From Verrucomicrobiota bacterium (lineage in GTDB: Bacteria; Verrucomicrobiota; Verrucomicrobiia; Limisphaerales; JAIPKD01): a stretch of 64,000 bases of DNA. The DNA is taken from assembly GCA_021733835.1 (NCBI GenBank), contig JAIPKD010000006.1, positions 211 to 64,210 of the forward strand, given 5' to 3'. Position numbers and translations under genes: made by a program. Under the pieces are notes generated by a model. That model had not been told where the DNA came from, did not search any database, and was given only the letters and a program-made list of their open reading frames with translations. Of this stretch, positions 1-10,700 are shown in pieces (position 1 is the stretch's first letter; each line of letters begins with the position of its first letter).

Positions 1-2
1 TT

Positions 3-281
3 CACTTCGTTGCCTACGACGGGAATGGCAATGTCATGGCGCTGGTCGATGCGGATGACGGGACGATCTCGGCCGAGTACGAATACGGTCCGTTCGGCGA
101 GCTGATCCGCGCCACCGGCCCGATGTCCGACAACCCCATCCGCTTCTCCACGAAGTACCACGACACCGAAACCGGCCTGGTTTATTACGGGTATAGGTAT
201 TATTGGCCAGCGATGGGCCGGTGGATCAGCAGGGATCCTATTGGAGAGAGGGGTGGGGTGAAATTACGCCCACATTCCTGA
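3..281 (+). CDS. RHS/YD-repeat protein, 3' fragment (RHS repeat-associated core); 5' end lies off-window
   Basis: Frame is open from the window edge. HFVAYDGNGNVMALVD..YEYGPFGE..YYGYRYYWPAMGRWISRDPIGERGG matches the YD-repeat/RHS core consensus (RYYDPxxGRWxSxDPIG). The ORF stops 8 codons after DPIGERGG. Confidence 0.8.
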   Translation, partial: HFVAYDGNGNVMALVDADDGTISAEYEYGPFGELIRATGPMSDNPIRFSTKYHDTETGLVYYGYRYYWPAMGRWISRDPIGERGGVKLRPHS

Positions 282-317
282 ATTAATCTGTTAAATGTTA
301 AGACGTGACCCTAATAG

Positions 318-3300
318 CTAAGGAATAACCAGCCGGTAGAAGCGCGTTTGTTGGGGCGATGGATCGGTGATTGTGATGTCTTGCGTTGTTTCGGGTGCGG
401 GTATGTTTGTTAATACATTCCATTCACCGGTGTTTATGTCTGCGCTGTATATAATGCGATATATCCTGCCCGGTATGGCGCGGAAGCGGAGTAGTGTTTC
501 GTTGTTTTTGATACTAATGGATTTCAGCCTGAACACACTATTGGGGTCTACGGGCACGGTGCCGCAGGTAAATTCATCGAGATTCGATAGACCATCGCCG
601 TCTGGGTCGGCGTCGGCTCCGTTATCGCCGGTGGCGCTGAACGGGTCGAATCCGAATTCAAGTTCCCATGCGTCCGGTAGGCCGTCGCTATCGTGATCGG
701 GCACGGCGGGGGTGTTGTTTGTGCTTCCCGGCGTGGCGTGTGCGCCCGTCCAGTTGATCGGATCATCGCCGTAACATGCGTCATTTATGCGCTGGATCGA
801 GTAACCGGTTCCGTTGGAATTGGTGGGCCATGGTGTATTCGGCGAGTAAGTAACGTGATCGACCGGAATGCAGGGTACATCTCCATCCGGTTGCGGCGTA
901 TCCGGTCGAAGTAAAACGATTTGGTCGCCGGCGTTGTTTAAGCGGCCGTTGAACGGTCCGACAAGTTTTGTGTGATCATCCAATTGATACTGCGCGCGGA
1001 ATGCATCGGCTGATTCGGTATCCGTATCCGGATTGAATCCCACGACAACCAGTAGTCCATCGGAGGGCACAGTTGTATTGGTTGGGAAACCGAACTCGAT
1101 GCCATTGCTCAGGCGCCATGTATTCCATGGTTCTTGCGGATTGAAGAGGGGGACATTGGTTTTGGTAATATTACGGAGCTCGATGAATTCGTCTCGCAGG
1201 TTATTCGTGCCGTCCAAGAGTGGAGGTTCGTACATGATTTCATTGATAACGACCGGCCCGATCCTAGGCCCCGAATTATGGGCGCCGAGTGTCGGTTCTG
1301 ATTGGATAATGAAGTGTTCGTTGCCTGTACTGACTACATGTCGTCCAATAGTGGCGGCTTCGGGGGCGGCGCTGAAATTGAATCCGTGAATATATCCCGT
1401 CAGGTTGCTGGCTGTGTCGGCGGAGAACAGATAAATTTCTTCGCCTTGGGCGTTTAAAGCGAAGCATTCGGAAGAGTCGGGGCTTGAGTTGAAGTCGTCT
1501 TCGTCAAAGACCATGAACGCATTTGACCGGATAACGGTCTGATCGGGGATTCTGAATTTATGCGGTGTTTGGATATCATCGGTTAGGAACCAGCCGCCGA
1601 TATCGACCGGTTTATCATTGGGGTTGTAGAGTTCGATGGTATCCGTAGCGGGAGGTGTGGTGTGTGTGAGTATTTCATTGACCAGGACACGCGGGATATC
1701 TGTTGGTGTTGTGTTCTGAGTTCCGGGTGTTCCGCCTGAAATGCCCGAGCTTAGCCATCCATCGCGTCTGCTCCATGCGTCGGGGCCGGCGGATTCATCG
1801 GCGACTATTAACGAGAAGCCGGCGCCGTCCGTTCCGGGGAACCAATCGTCGTGGTATTCAAATGCGAGGATGTCTTCACCGTTTGCGTCTATCAAACGTA
1901 GGTATTCACCGTCGTTTGCCAGGTTTCCGGTATACTCACCGGCGATACGTTCCACGTTTTGGTAACGCGTCTGGAATGCATCGAGACTCTTGACTACGAC
2001 GACGCATCCATTCGGGGCGAGTGTTGTGACCTGCGAACCGGCGAAATTGAAGGCAATTCCGTTTACGAACCGGACGCCGCTCAAGTCCAGGGTCGAGTCA
2101 CTGATGTTCTTAAGCTCGATGAATTCGAAGTCGTCGTTATCGACGCCGGGTATTGCGGAGGACTCGTCTGCCGTGGGTGCGGCGGGATTGTAATAGAGTT
2201 CCGAGACGATTAATGCGGCGGCGGAGGCAGGGGGGAACTCGGAGAACAGTGCGGTAGCCGGGCCCGACCACTTACTCGAGAGCGGCGGATTGTTGGGGCC
2301 TGTCAGACTTTGATGGCCGGGATCGAATACTCGGGTTGTGACGCGGGTTTTGGAGGTGAATGAGATCGGTTCCGAATAGACCTTTGCCGAGGGCGAAACG
2401 CCGCCGCCGGGCAGTCGTGGGTCTGTCCCGTCCAAGGTATAATAAACGGTGCTGTTATTTGGAGCATGTATTGTGAGTTCTGTTCCGGGTTGTATTACGC
2501 CGCCGGCGGGATCGAGCATGGGCGGCGCAACAAATTGGCTGTCAATGAAGTCGATGCGTTGAGAGAACCAGTCTTTGAGATGTATGACTTCACCGCGGAA
2601 TCCACCGAACCGCGGGGTTTGTCCCCAGCGATCGAGGTCACGCTCCTGCGCTTCCAGTAGTTCCAAAGCCATGGAGTTTATTAATGAATGGATGTTATTT
2701 TCACTGAAAGTGCCTTTTCGTAGTTCCTGCCATCTGTCAATGTATTTCTGGAAGAAGTCTATGTCTGTGAACATTTTCCCCCACCAAATGTAATTGAAGA
2801 AATCGGTGCCGCGATCGCCGGTCTCGGCGCGCCAGACGTATGGATTATCATCGCGTCCGTCCGTCGAGCCCATTGATCTGTCGAAGTCCCAGATGGGGCC
2901 GAACTCGAGTTTCCCGCCGCGTTGTTTATGTATATAGGTACTCAGACGCAGGGCGTCGACGTTGAAGGCGAGGACATTGATCAGGTGGTGATCGATCGCG
3001 GCGTCGACGTCGATGTATTTGGCGTAGCCTGTCTCCGGGTCATCGAAGTCGGGGCTGTTCAATGCCTGTCCGAATTGGTTGAAGTAGTCATTAACGTATT
3101 GCTCCTGCGGTTCGCGGATTGGTTGTTCTATTTCTATTTCCTTCGGGTCGACGTAACAGATTGTTTGTCCCGCCGCATTGAAGCCGGTGTCGCCGGGGTC
3201 CAGCCGGTCGATCTTAAAGATATACCCGCCGGTGATCCACGGCTTGCGGTCGTTGTCGGTGAAAAGTTTATCGACGTCTACACGGTCGTCGTCGCGCTTG

Positions 3301-5090
3301 ACTTTTTCCATGAGCGCGTAGACGCCCCAATATTGGTCGTTGGATATGGATGTGCCGCCGGTACTGAGGAACACCTCGACGAAACGCGTGCGTACGGCGT
3401 AACGGCCCATTTGATTGCTCAATTCGTAGATAAGTGGATTCCGCATAAGCGCGCGATCGAAGTTGTACGGGCCCCAGAGTATCCAATCGGATTCGTTCGG
3501 CATTCCGAGCGGCTCGATATTTTTGTCTTCGTCGAACTCATTCCATGCTTCGACGTTCAGCGACGGTTTAGGTCGCCATGCGGTGCTCGAGCCGCGGATT
3601 TTGATGCCGGCGCGAGTGGTTAGTTGAGGTGAATTGGTTATCGAGCTCCGTGAGTCGTCGGGAGCGTCCATGATCGTCAGAAACGCCGATTGATAATCGT
3701 TGTGCGGGATATCGCCTTGGCCGAAGTTTTCGAGTATTACCAAAGGCAGGTTTGATGAAAAACGGCTGATTTCAGGTTCGAGCGCGACGTAGGCCTTGCT
3801 TTGTACGATGCCGAGGCCGCCATCCGGCAATACTACGCGCGCGCGCAGCAGTGTGGTTTGCGTGATGGTTATCGGGTCTTGATATAAAGTGGATGAAGCG
3901 CTTGGTCGTGTGCCGTCCGTTGTATAGCGTATTTCCGCAGACTTCGGGGCGCCCGTCGGCGGTTCAAGCTGGATGGTTAAGGAATTGCGGAACGTCCCGC
4001 TTTTTTGGGAAAAGACGACAGCTCCCGCGGAGCCGTGTGATGTCTCGCCTGTGTTGGATTCGCCGGGTGTAGGTTTAAATAGATACCCGTTCTTGGAAAC
4101 GCCCGGCGGGAGGACGTATCCGCTGAGTCTGGGGCGGATTAAGAGGTCGGAGCTGTCGGGATCGTTATTCAAGCCGTGGAAGGCCAGGATGTTTTTGCCT
4201 TGGCTAAGTAAGCTAATCGAATCGGTGACAACGAATTCGGCGAATTCCGTAGCGATGGAGTCCGGGCGGTTTTCCGGCGCGCCTGAGTTCCATGCGAGCG
4301 ACTGCGGCGCATTATGGCGTGCTATTTCTGTGCCGTTCAGGTATGCGACCATTCCGTCGTCGTACTGGAGATGCAGTATCAACCGATCCAGGTTCGGTAT
4401 TTGTTCGAGGTCGAACGGTATTCTGATAAATGCCGATTCATTGACGTACCGCATTTCGCCGATGTCCAGGCCGATCAGGTTGCCGTAATCATAGCCTACG
4501 CCTGTGGCGCCTGTTTTCCATGTGGAGTCGTCGAAATCCTGTTTGAACCATGTCGAATCGATCGAGTCGTCATTGGGGATCAGCGCCCGTGCTTGCGCCC
4601 CTGTATCGAGCAGTGTTACTTCAGTACCGGGTGTGTCGGCCGGGCCGTAGGCGATGTCGGCCTGTTGCGGTGGGAATTGAAATTCCGAGACAATATTGGT
4701 GTCGGGATCGAGCAGCGCCAGGTACTCACCTTCGCGATCCAAGCGGAAATTCGTATGCATGGGGCGTCCCGGCTGTCTTCTGTCTTTTCCCGATGCGAAG
4801 ACCACCCGATAGCCGTCGGCGGGGATCGTTATCGCGGGGAAGCTCCATTGCGTGAGGTCATTTGTGGTGTCCGTAAGGAACCAGCCGCTCATATCTACCT
4901 CGGCGCCGGTTGTATTATGGATTTCTATCCAGTCTGAGCGGTCGCCGTCTTCATCGACGGTCGTTTCCCGGTTGTCGGCCATGAACTCGGTGATTTCGAG
5001 GGTGGCGCCTGATAAAACGGTCGCACCCGCCAAGCTCGCGCATAGTGTCAGGAAGAAGCGAATAACGCTGTAGTAATTCATCACGAACAA
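318..5090 (-). CDS. Secreted 1590-aa LTD/CotH-family protein (four lamin-tail domains, CotH kinase-like core, chitobiase/FN3-associated modules, TSP3-like Asp-rich C-terminus)
   Basis: Hydrophobic signal-like N-terminus. Four LTD-like segments (LEITEFMADN..WIEIHN, VSELYYNP..FEFIELKN, VNEILTHT..IELYN, INEIMYEP..FIELRN). CotH-like core (YWGVYALMEKVKRDDDRVDV). IRYTTDGTRP and VYYTLDGTDP modules. DSDGLPDAWE/DPDGDGLSNLDEF repeats near the C-terminus. Confidence 0.8.
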   Translation of the reverse strand: MFVMNYYSVIRFFLTLCASLAGATVLSGATLEITEFMADNRETTVDEDGDRSDWIEIHNTTGAEVDMSGWFLTDTTNDLTQWSFPAITIPADGYRVVFASGKDRRQPGRPMHTNFRLDREGEYLALLDPDTNIVSEFQFPPQQADIAYGPADTPGTEVTLLDTGAQARALIPNDDSIDSTWFKQDFDDSTWKTGATGVGYDYGNLIGLDIGEMRYVNESAFIRIPFDLEQIPNLDRLILHLQYDDGMVAYLNGTEIARHNAPQSLAWNSGAPENRPDSIATEFAEFVVTDSISLLSQGKNILAFHGLNNDPDSSDLLIRPRLSGYVLPPGVSKNGYLFKPTPGESNTGETSHGSAGAVVFSQKSGTFRNSLTIQLEPPTGAPKSAEIRYTTDGTRPSASSTLYQDPITITQTTLLRARVVLPDGGLGIVQSKAYVALEPEISRFSSNLPLVILENFGQGDIPHNDYQSAFLTIMDAPDDSRSSITNSPQLTTRAGIKIRGSSTAWRPKPSLNVEAWNEFDEDKNIEPLGMPNESDWILWGPYNFDRALMRNPLIYELSNQMGRYAVRTRFVEVFLSTGGTSISNDQYWGVYALMEKVKRDDDRVDVDKLFTDNDRKPWITGGYIFKIDRLDPGDTGFNAAGQTICYVDPKEIEIEQPIREPQEQYVNDYFNQFGQALNSPDFDDPETGYAKYIDVDAAIDHHLINVLAFNVDALRLSTYIHKQRGGKLEFGPIWDFDRSMGSTDGRDDNPYVWRAETGDRGTDFFNYIWWGKMFTDIDFFQKYIDRWQELRKGTFSENNIHSLINSMALELLEAQERDLDRWGQTPRFGGFRGEVIHLKDWFSQRIDFIDSQFVAPPMLDPAGGVIQPGTELTIHAPNNSTVYYTLDGTDPRLPGGGVSPSAKVYSEPISFTSKTRVTTRVFDPGHQSLTGPNNPPLSSKWSGPATALFSEFPPASAAALIVSELYYNPAAPTADESSAIPGVDNDDFEFIELKNISDSTLDLSGVRFVNGIAFNFAGSQVTTLAPNGCVVVVKSLDAFQTRYQNVERIAGEYTGNLANDGEYLRLIDANGEDILAFEYHDDWFPGTDGAGFSLIVADESAGPDAWSRRDGWLSSGISGGTPGTQNTTPTDIPRVLVNEILTHTTPPATDTIELYNPNDKPVDIGGWFLTDDIQTPHKFRIPDQTVIRSNAFMVFDEDDFNSSPDSSECFALNAQGEEIYLFSADTASNLTGYIHGFNFSAAPEAATIGRHVVSTGNEHFIIQSEPTLGAHNSGPRIGPVVINEIMYEPPLLDGTNNLRDEFIELRNITKTNVPLFNPQEPWNTWRLSNGIEFGFPTNTTVPSDGLLVVVGFNPDTDTESADAFRAQYQLDDHTKLVGPFNGRLNNAGDQIVLLRPDTPQPDGDVPCIPVDHVTYSPNTPWPTNSNGTGYSIQRINDACYGDDPINWTGAHATPGSTNNTPAVPDHDSDGLPDAWELEFGFDPFSATGDNGADADPDGDGLSNLDEFTCGTVPVDPNSVFRLKSISIKNNETLLRFRAIPGRIYRIIYSADINTGEWNVLTNIPAPETTQDITITDPSPQQTRFYRLVIP

Positions 5091-5274
5091 TAAATGTATA
5101 ATAGTCGTATTGTTGCCCGATGTTTGATTTTTCAGTTAATCGAAATCTTATTGTGAGCAAACCTTACAATGCTATATGATCGCAGCGAACGATTTAGCGG
5201 GCAAGCGTAAAGCATGGTTGTATGCTTACCGGAAAACAAGCTGTCCAATGAATTAGTTACGACGCGCGTTTTGA

Positions 5275-7260
5275 ATGAAAGTATCAATTGAGAGAATTTT
5301 TATGAGTGTAATAAGAGGCGTATATTGGAGGATCATGATTTTACCGGCATTGATCTGTTTCGCTTATTCCGGTATGGCAGTCGAGTGTTACGTGGTGCCG
5401 CCGTTGAGTGTGAATGTTTTCAAAACAACAAGCCCGGCGGCTGACGGCTCGCGTGAAGCGCCGTTCTATAAGGTTTCCGACGCAGTTTCAAAGTTGCGGG
5501 AGCTCAAGACCGCCGAGACGAAGCGCATCATCGTCCGCGGCGGCGAGTATTATAACGTCTGCTTGAATCTCGATTCGCGCGATTCGGGGTTGGTTATAGA
5601 AGCCGCCGAGGGCGAGACGCCGGTATTATACGGCGGACAGCCGCTGACGGGATGGAAGAGGGGCGATGACGGATTGTATTATGCCGCGCTTCCGGAGTTT
5701 CCCGAGCCGCCTGCCGATTATAAGGCGCAGCCGAGGGATTGGGAGATTAGGATGCTGGTGGTCGACGGCGTGATGCGTCCGCGTTCCCGATACCCGGTAG
5801 AGGGGCGGCTGGAACATTTATCGGAGTTCGACGTTCCATGGATGAGCTCGACCGGCGGCGGATGGAAGCGTGATCCGACGAGGGAAGAACTCACAACGCT
5901 AAGGTTTAAGGAGGGTGATATAGGCGATTGGCTGGAACCACAGAATGCGGAAGTAACGGTTTACCATATGTGGGACGAGTCGTGCGTGGGTGTAGAGAGC
6001 GTTGATTTGAAAAACCGGATTCTAACCCTTGATCCGGCGACGGGGCACCCGCCGGGTGCGTTCGGTGTAAAGGATTACGTTATTTGGAATACGCGCAAGG
6101 GATTGTCTGAACCGGGACGATGGTATCACGACCGCGCGCGGAACAGGGTGGTTTATCGGCCGATGAAGGGGGAGAACATCGAGGAGGCAAAAGTGCTGGT
6201 GCCGACGCGAACGACGATATTCAGGGTCAAGGATTCGGAGGCGCAGAAGGCGCATAGGATAGTTTTAAGGGGTTTGCGTTTTTCTGTAACTACAGTGCCG
6301 CTCATGGCCGGCGGCTTCGCGGCGGCGCGTTATGACGGTGCGGTTTCTTTGGAGGATACCTCCGACTGCCTGCTTGAGGATATCGTGGTGGCAGATGTCT
6401 GCGGACATGGAATCAATACAAAGGGTGGAAACTCCGGACTCCGGATAATCGACAGCGAGATCGAACATTGCGGCGCCGGTGGTATATATGCCGGCGGTTC
6501 CGGAACCGTGGTATCGAATAATTATGTCCATCATATCGGTATCTCGTATCCGAGCGCGATTGGTATATTCCGCGGCGGCCGGGGGAATGTCGTTTCGCAT
6601 AACGAGATACACGACACGTCGTACTCGGCCGTGAATTACGGTGGGATTTCGAATGTTGTAGAGTCGAACCTGATTTATCGATGCATGCAAGTGCTCCACG
6701 ACGGCGCCGCCATCTATATGTTCGCTGCGAAGGATTGCGTGCTCCGCGGAAATTTCGCTAGGGACATAATCGATACCGGCGGTTACGGGGCATCATCATA
6801 TTATTTAGATGAGCGGAGCACCGGATGCGTCGTCGAGCATAATTTAAGCCTCAATGTAGCGCGTCCTATCCATAATCATATGGCGACCAATAACGTAATT
6901 CGCGATAACGTATTCTTTGCCGGCGGCGACATGAAGCTTACATTCCCGCGCTCCGTCGGATTCGAGATGGAGAATAATATTATCCATGCCGGCGGCAAGA
7001 TAAGGATCGAGAACTGGGATGCGGTGACTAATTGGAACGACAACGTGCTTTTCAGCGAGACCGGCGAGATCGAAAGGATTGGGTTCAAGGATTATTCGGC
7101 TGTTGAAACAATACACGGCCCGCCGCCGAACACGATCATCGACAATCCGATGTTATCCGACGATATCACCAATGGTTTAGTCCGGTTCAAGGATAACTCG
7201 CCATTAAGTGATCTGGGATTCGTGCCGCTTGATGTATCATCGGCGGGGAGGATCGAGTAG
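5275..7260 (+). CDS. Right-handed parallel beta-helix repeat protein (pectate-lyase fold), probably a secreted polysaccharide-active enzyme
   Basis: 661-aa ORF with a hydrophobic N-terminus. Stacked beta-helix repeat motifs (IIDSEIEHCGAGGIYAGG, NNYVHHIGISYPSAIGIF, VSHNEIHDTSYSAVNYGG, VVESNLIY, VIRDNVFF, MENNIIH). Confidence 0.7.
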   Translation: MKVSIERIFMSVIRGVYWRIMILPALICFAYSGMAVECYVVPPLSVNVFKTTSPAADGSREAPFYKVSDAVSKLRELKTAETKRIIVRGGEYYNVCLNLDSRDSGLVIEAAEGETPVLYGGQPLTGWKRGDDGLYYAALPEFPEPPADYKAQPRDWEIRMLVVDGVMRPRSRYPVEGRLEHLSEFDVPWMSSTGGGWKRDPTREELTTLRFKEGDIGDWLEPQNAEVTVYHMWDESCVGVESVDLKNRILTLDPATGHPPGAFGVKDYVIWNTRKGLSEPGRWYHDRARNRVVYRPMKGENIEEAKVLVPTRTTIFRVKDSEAQKAHRIVLRGLRFSVTTVPLMAGGFAAARYDGAVSLEDTSDCLLEDIVVADVCGHGINTKGGNSGLRIIDSEIEHCGAGGIYAGGSGTVVSNNYVHHIGISYPSAIGIFRGGRGNVVSHNEIHDTSYSAVNYGGISNVVESNLIYRCMQVLHDGAAIYMFAAKDCVLRGNFARDIIDTGGYGASSYYLDERSTGCVVEHNLSLNVARPIHNHMATNNVIRDNVFFAGGDMKLTFPRSVGFEMENNIIHAGGKIRIENWDAVTNWNDNVLFSETGEIERIGFKDYSAVETIHGPPPNTIIDNPMLSDDITNGLVRFKDNSPLSDLGFVPLDVSSAGRIE

Positions 7261-7323
7261 TGGAAATTGCCGGTCTTTTTTCTGAGATCGGGCGCGGGGA
7301 AGGGGGGCGCCCATAAAAAAATT

Positions 7324-7398
7324 GGCTGTCCGACTAGGATTCGAACCTAGACCAAAGCCTCCAAAGGGCTTTGTGCTACCATTACACCATCGGACAGC
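7324..7398 (-). tRNA. tRNA-Gln (anticodon UUG)
   Basis: Reverse complement reads GCTGTCCGATGGTGTAATGGTAGCACAAAGCCCTTTGGAGGCTTTGGTCTAGGTTCGAATCCTAGTCGGACAGCC. It has a 7-bp acceptor stem (GCTGTCC/GGACAGC), anticodon stem AAGCC/GGCTT with loop CTTTGGA (U33, UUG, G37), and a T-arm CTAGG-TTCGAAT-CCTAG. CCA is not encoded. Confidence 0.9.
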
Positions 7399-7495
7399 AC
7401 GATTTAACCCTACACAATCTTCAGGATGTATCAAAGGAAAAATTACCAGCAATTCTAATTATGGATACCTGGCGCACAGGTGAGTGGTGTCTGGA

Positions 7496-7664
7496 GATAA
7501 ATTGCGATAATCCGTATAATATCGGGCGTGATCAATCTTCGGAGCGCGACTGTGCTGAAAGCCGGTCGCGGATGTCTGAAGAAGACGTTGCCCCCGGTAA
7601 TCGAATAAAGCCATGGCATTCGAGGCCGCTGCGGCTGATCCTTCGGACACACCCGCGCTCCGCC
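7496..7664. repeat. Copy A of an unclassified structured intergenic repeat family (5' plus central modules)
   Basis: Near-identical to 14252-14422 and highly similar to 49268-49436. It contains a local hairpin (cgcgac 7545-7550 / gtcgcg 7565-7570) and a 9-bp long-range complement (cggagcgcg 7540-7548 / cgcgctccg 7654-7662). Confidence 0.85.
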
Positions 7665-7755
7665 TAAAATGAGAACTGCTGAAGGAAAACTCAATGAACT
7701 TGATCAAGATTCACCATTCTGTTATTACGAAAAAGTACAATTAAACTATCTTTCT

Positions 7756-10700
7756 ATGAAAATGAATGCCTATCCGATTCGAAACCGTTTGATGGTTGGA
7801 TTATTTGTTTTTTGTTCAACTTTGCAAAGCCTTGTTGGCGCTCAATTGGATGTGGCGCCGTTTGGAATTCCTTTACCTGACGCTTGCGGAGTTAAGTGGG
7901 AGGATCCGAGGGAATTACATGAAGTCGAAGTCCAGTTCAAGGAGACTGTTCCAGCACCAGAAACCGTCCATTTGGAATACTGGGGAAGCTGGTGGCCGGA
8001 ACAGCATTTGCCAAAAGATCGGGAGCCGGGCGGGGGTGACATCGGATGGATGGAATTGGGCAATTGGTATAAATACGGATGGCGGACTGCGGATACGATT
8101 TGCGAAACACAGGGGCATTCTCTCAAATTCCGCTTCAGGCCTGTGAACGAAAAGGAATTTCCGAAAATAGAAGATTATCCAGCTCCGTTTCGGTATACGT
8201 TGAAGATGCGTATCTGTTCGGAGGCTCCGCTACCGCCGGTTGATCGTCTCAAAGCCTACACGGATTCTACAATGGAACCGATGGTTGTCAGGGTGTTATA
8301 TGAAGAAACGCCTCTGAAAATGCCATCGGTCGAGGTGTTCAACGGATCGCTCGAATCGGTTGAAAAAACTGCATCAAGGGAATTGATGTTGAATTTGCAG
8401 GTATCCGTTAATTCCGATCCGAACACATTCGACAAAACCCTGGTCACGTTGAGAACGGATGACAACGTATTCACTTTTAAAGTCGACGATCTCAAGGACG
8501 GCCCGCTCATTCTGACGCATCTTGGCATTGCTGTTGTGCGGGATAACGATACACGGGATTATACTGAATTACGTAAGGAACAAAAGGGTAGAGAGGGAGC
8601 CACTTTGTATGAACGGGTCAAGCAATTACCCGAACAAACCTGGAAATCCGCCTGGGACAGCATGCCCCCCAAGAAAAGTCACATTTATTTTCCTTTGGGC
8701 TTGGATGGAGGTCGACAACGGTTCCGTTTACATGCCAATGGCGATATTGATTTTCGTTCCAATGATCATTACTTGAAGAATCTGAAGGGAAACGATACTG
8801 ACAGGCTCGATCTGGAACCTCCCCCCGTTGAGATCAAGTTTGGATTGCCCGATGTTCCTGTCGATCGCTCCCTGGAAGGAAATGGACTGCCTGTGTGCAG
8901 GACGGTTTGGAATCAAAATGGTGTTCAAGTTGAACAAACCGCATTTGTGACGGAATTGAATGGGTTGAAATCAGAAGGCCCCGCCCCGGACGCTGATGCC
9001 TTCACGGTTTTCATGGCAAGATTTGCATTCACAAATACGAGCACATCAGCCCAGTCGGTTTCTTGGCATATTGAATACCATTCCGGCGGTGATGCAAAAA
9101 CATTGCGATTGGATGATTCCGGTATGTTATGGATTGGAGATCAGTTAAGGGGTCAGGTGGAAGGTCTCCAATCGATGTGGGCGAATATAAAGGACACCCA
9201 ATGGACCTTTAAACTCAAACCGGGGGAGGATGTTATCACACTTGTCAAAATCCCGTATTGCATCCTGACAGAATCCTCAGAATGGGACTCGCTGAAATCA
9301 CTTAACTATGATGTTCAGCACACGGCTGTTGCTGAATATTGGAGGCGTCAGTTTGAAAAAGGAGCCCGTTTGATCACCCCGGAACCCATGTTGAACGCGT
9401 TTTACCGCTCGCATGCCATGCATTTGCTCGTCAATTGTGAACGGGAACCAGGTAGTGACCGTCGATTTGCCCGTGTCGGTTCGTTCAGTTATGGCGCTTA
9501 CGGGAATGAGTCCTGCATGATGGTGCTGGATTTGGAACGTCGCGGTTATCACAAACTTGCCCAGGATTGCCTGGACGCCTGGTTGCATTATCAGGGAACC
9601 GTGCCTTTGCCGGGCAGCTTTTCCGGACACGACGGAGTGTTATATGGGGCTGCAGGTTATGAGGCAGGAGGATACAACCAACATCATGGATGGATTCTTT
9701 GGATGCTTGCTGAGCATTATCGGTTTACCAGGGACAAAGCCTGGTTGGAACAGGCCGCGCCTGGAATCATCAAGGGCGCAGATTGGATCATTCGAGAAAC
9801 AGCCCGCACCTCTGATCGGAGTGAATTGGAACAGGGATTGCTGCCGGCAGGCAGCCTTGAAGACATTGGAGATTGGTGGACCTGGCTTTCAACCAGTTGC
9901 TATACGTGGCGCGGATTGGATAATGCTGCATGGGCTTTGGAGGAAATCCAACATCCGGAGGCAGACCGCATCCGGCAGGCGGCTGATGATTATCATGCGG
10001 CCTTGTTGAAAAACTTCCGTGAAGCCGCCGCAAGATCTCCCGTGGTACGTCTTCGTGATGGAACGGCGGTGCCCAAGTTTCCATCCCATGTTCATCGACG
10101 AGGACGTAGTTTTGGATGGATATGTGAAACCCTTGAAGGCGCCATACACCTTCTCATCACCCGGGCTCTGGATCCTAATTCCCAGGAGGCGGAGTGGATT
10201 CTCAAAGATTACGAGGACAATCTTTACCTGTCGAATCAGTATGGATACACGCTTGATGATTTCGATACAGAGTGGTTTAGCCACGGGGGTATGTCCATGC
10301 AGGCCTGTCTTCTCCTGGGGGTGGAACCGTATCTCTATCGCGATGATGTCAAGCATGCGTTGAGAGCGCTCTTCAATGGGCAGGCCGTGAGCTATTTTCC
10401 GGATGTCTGTCTTAACACAGAACATGCATTACCGGAATTAGGAGACTGGCGTGGGGATCATTTCAAGAGTAGCGATGAATCCAATGCAGCAGGATGGTTG
10501 CGATATCTTTTTGTCAGGGAAGACAATGAGTATCTATTATTGATCGGTCAGGCAATCCCACGGGAATGGCTGGCGGCAGACAAACATTGTGGCATCGAAA
10601 ATGCCGCCACGTGGTTTGGTACGGTCAGTGTGATGTATCACGGCACGAAAGATCAGATAATCTGCGACCTGAAAGGTCCTCAGCGTAATCCCCCCAGGGA

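Noticed and set aside
7324-7700. tRNA-Gln plus an adjacent repeat as a possible genomic-island integration site (att).
   Set aside because: No integrase or recombinase gene is present on either side. No duplicated tRNA 3' segment was seen elsewhere in the window. The repeat family also occurs at non-tRNA loci.
7459-7707. Small ORFs on the minus strand of repeat copies A, B and C (7459..7707, 14221..14421, 49126..49419) share a conserved peptide (..AAAASNAMALFDYRGQRLLQTSATGFQHSRAPKIDHARY..). This could suggest a small protein family.
   Set aside because: The copies have no common start or stop codon. Several other frames on both strands are open across the same DNA (7455..7694, 14247..14459, 7371..7667, 49293..49475). 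Copy D lacks the 5' half, and one of these ORFs runs antisense into the GH27 gene. The conservation is better explained at the nucleotide or structure level. Coding cannot be fully excluded without Ribo-seq.
7669-7755. Longest-ORF start at 7669 for the 1058-aa protein.
   Set aside because: The first 29 codons lie next to or within the repeat-element flank and lack signal-peptide features. The ATG at 7756 yields a classical signal peptide. The shorter model is preferred.
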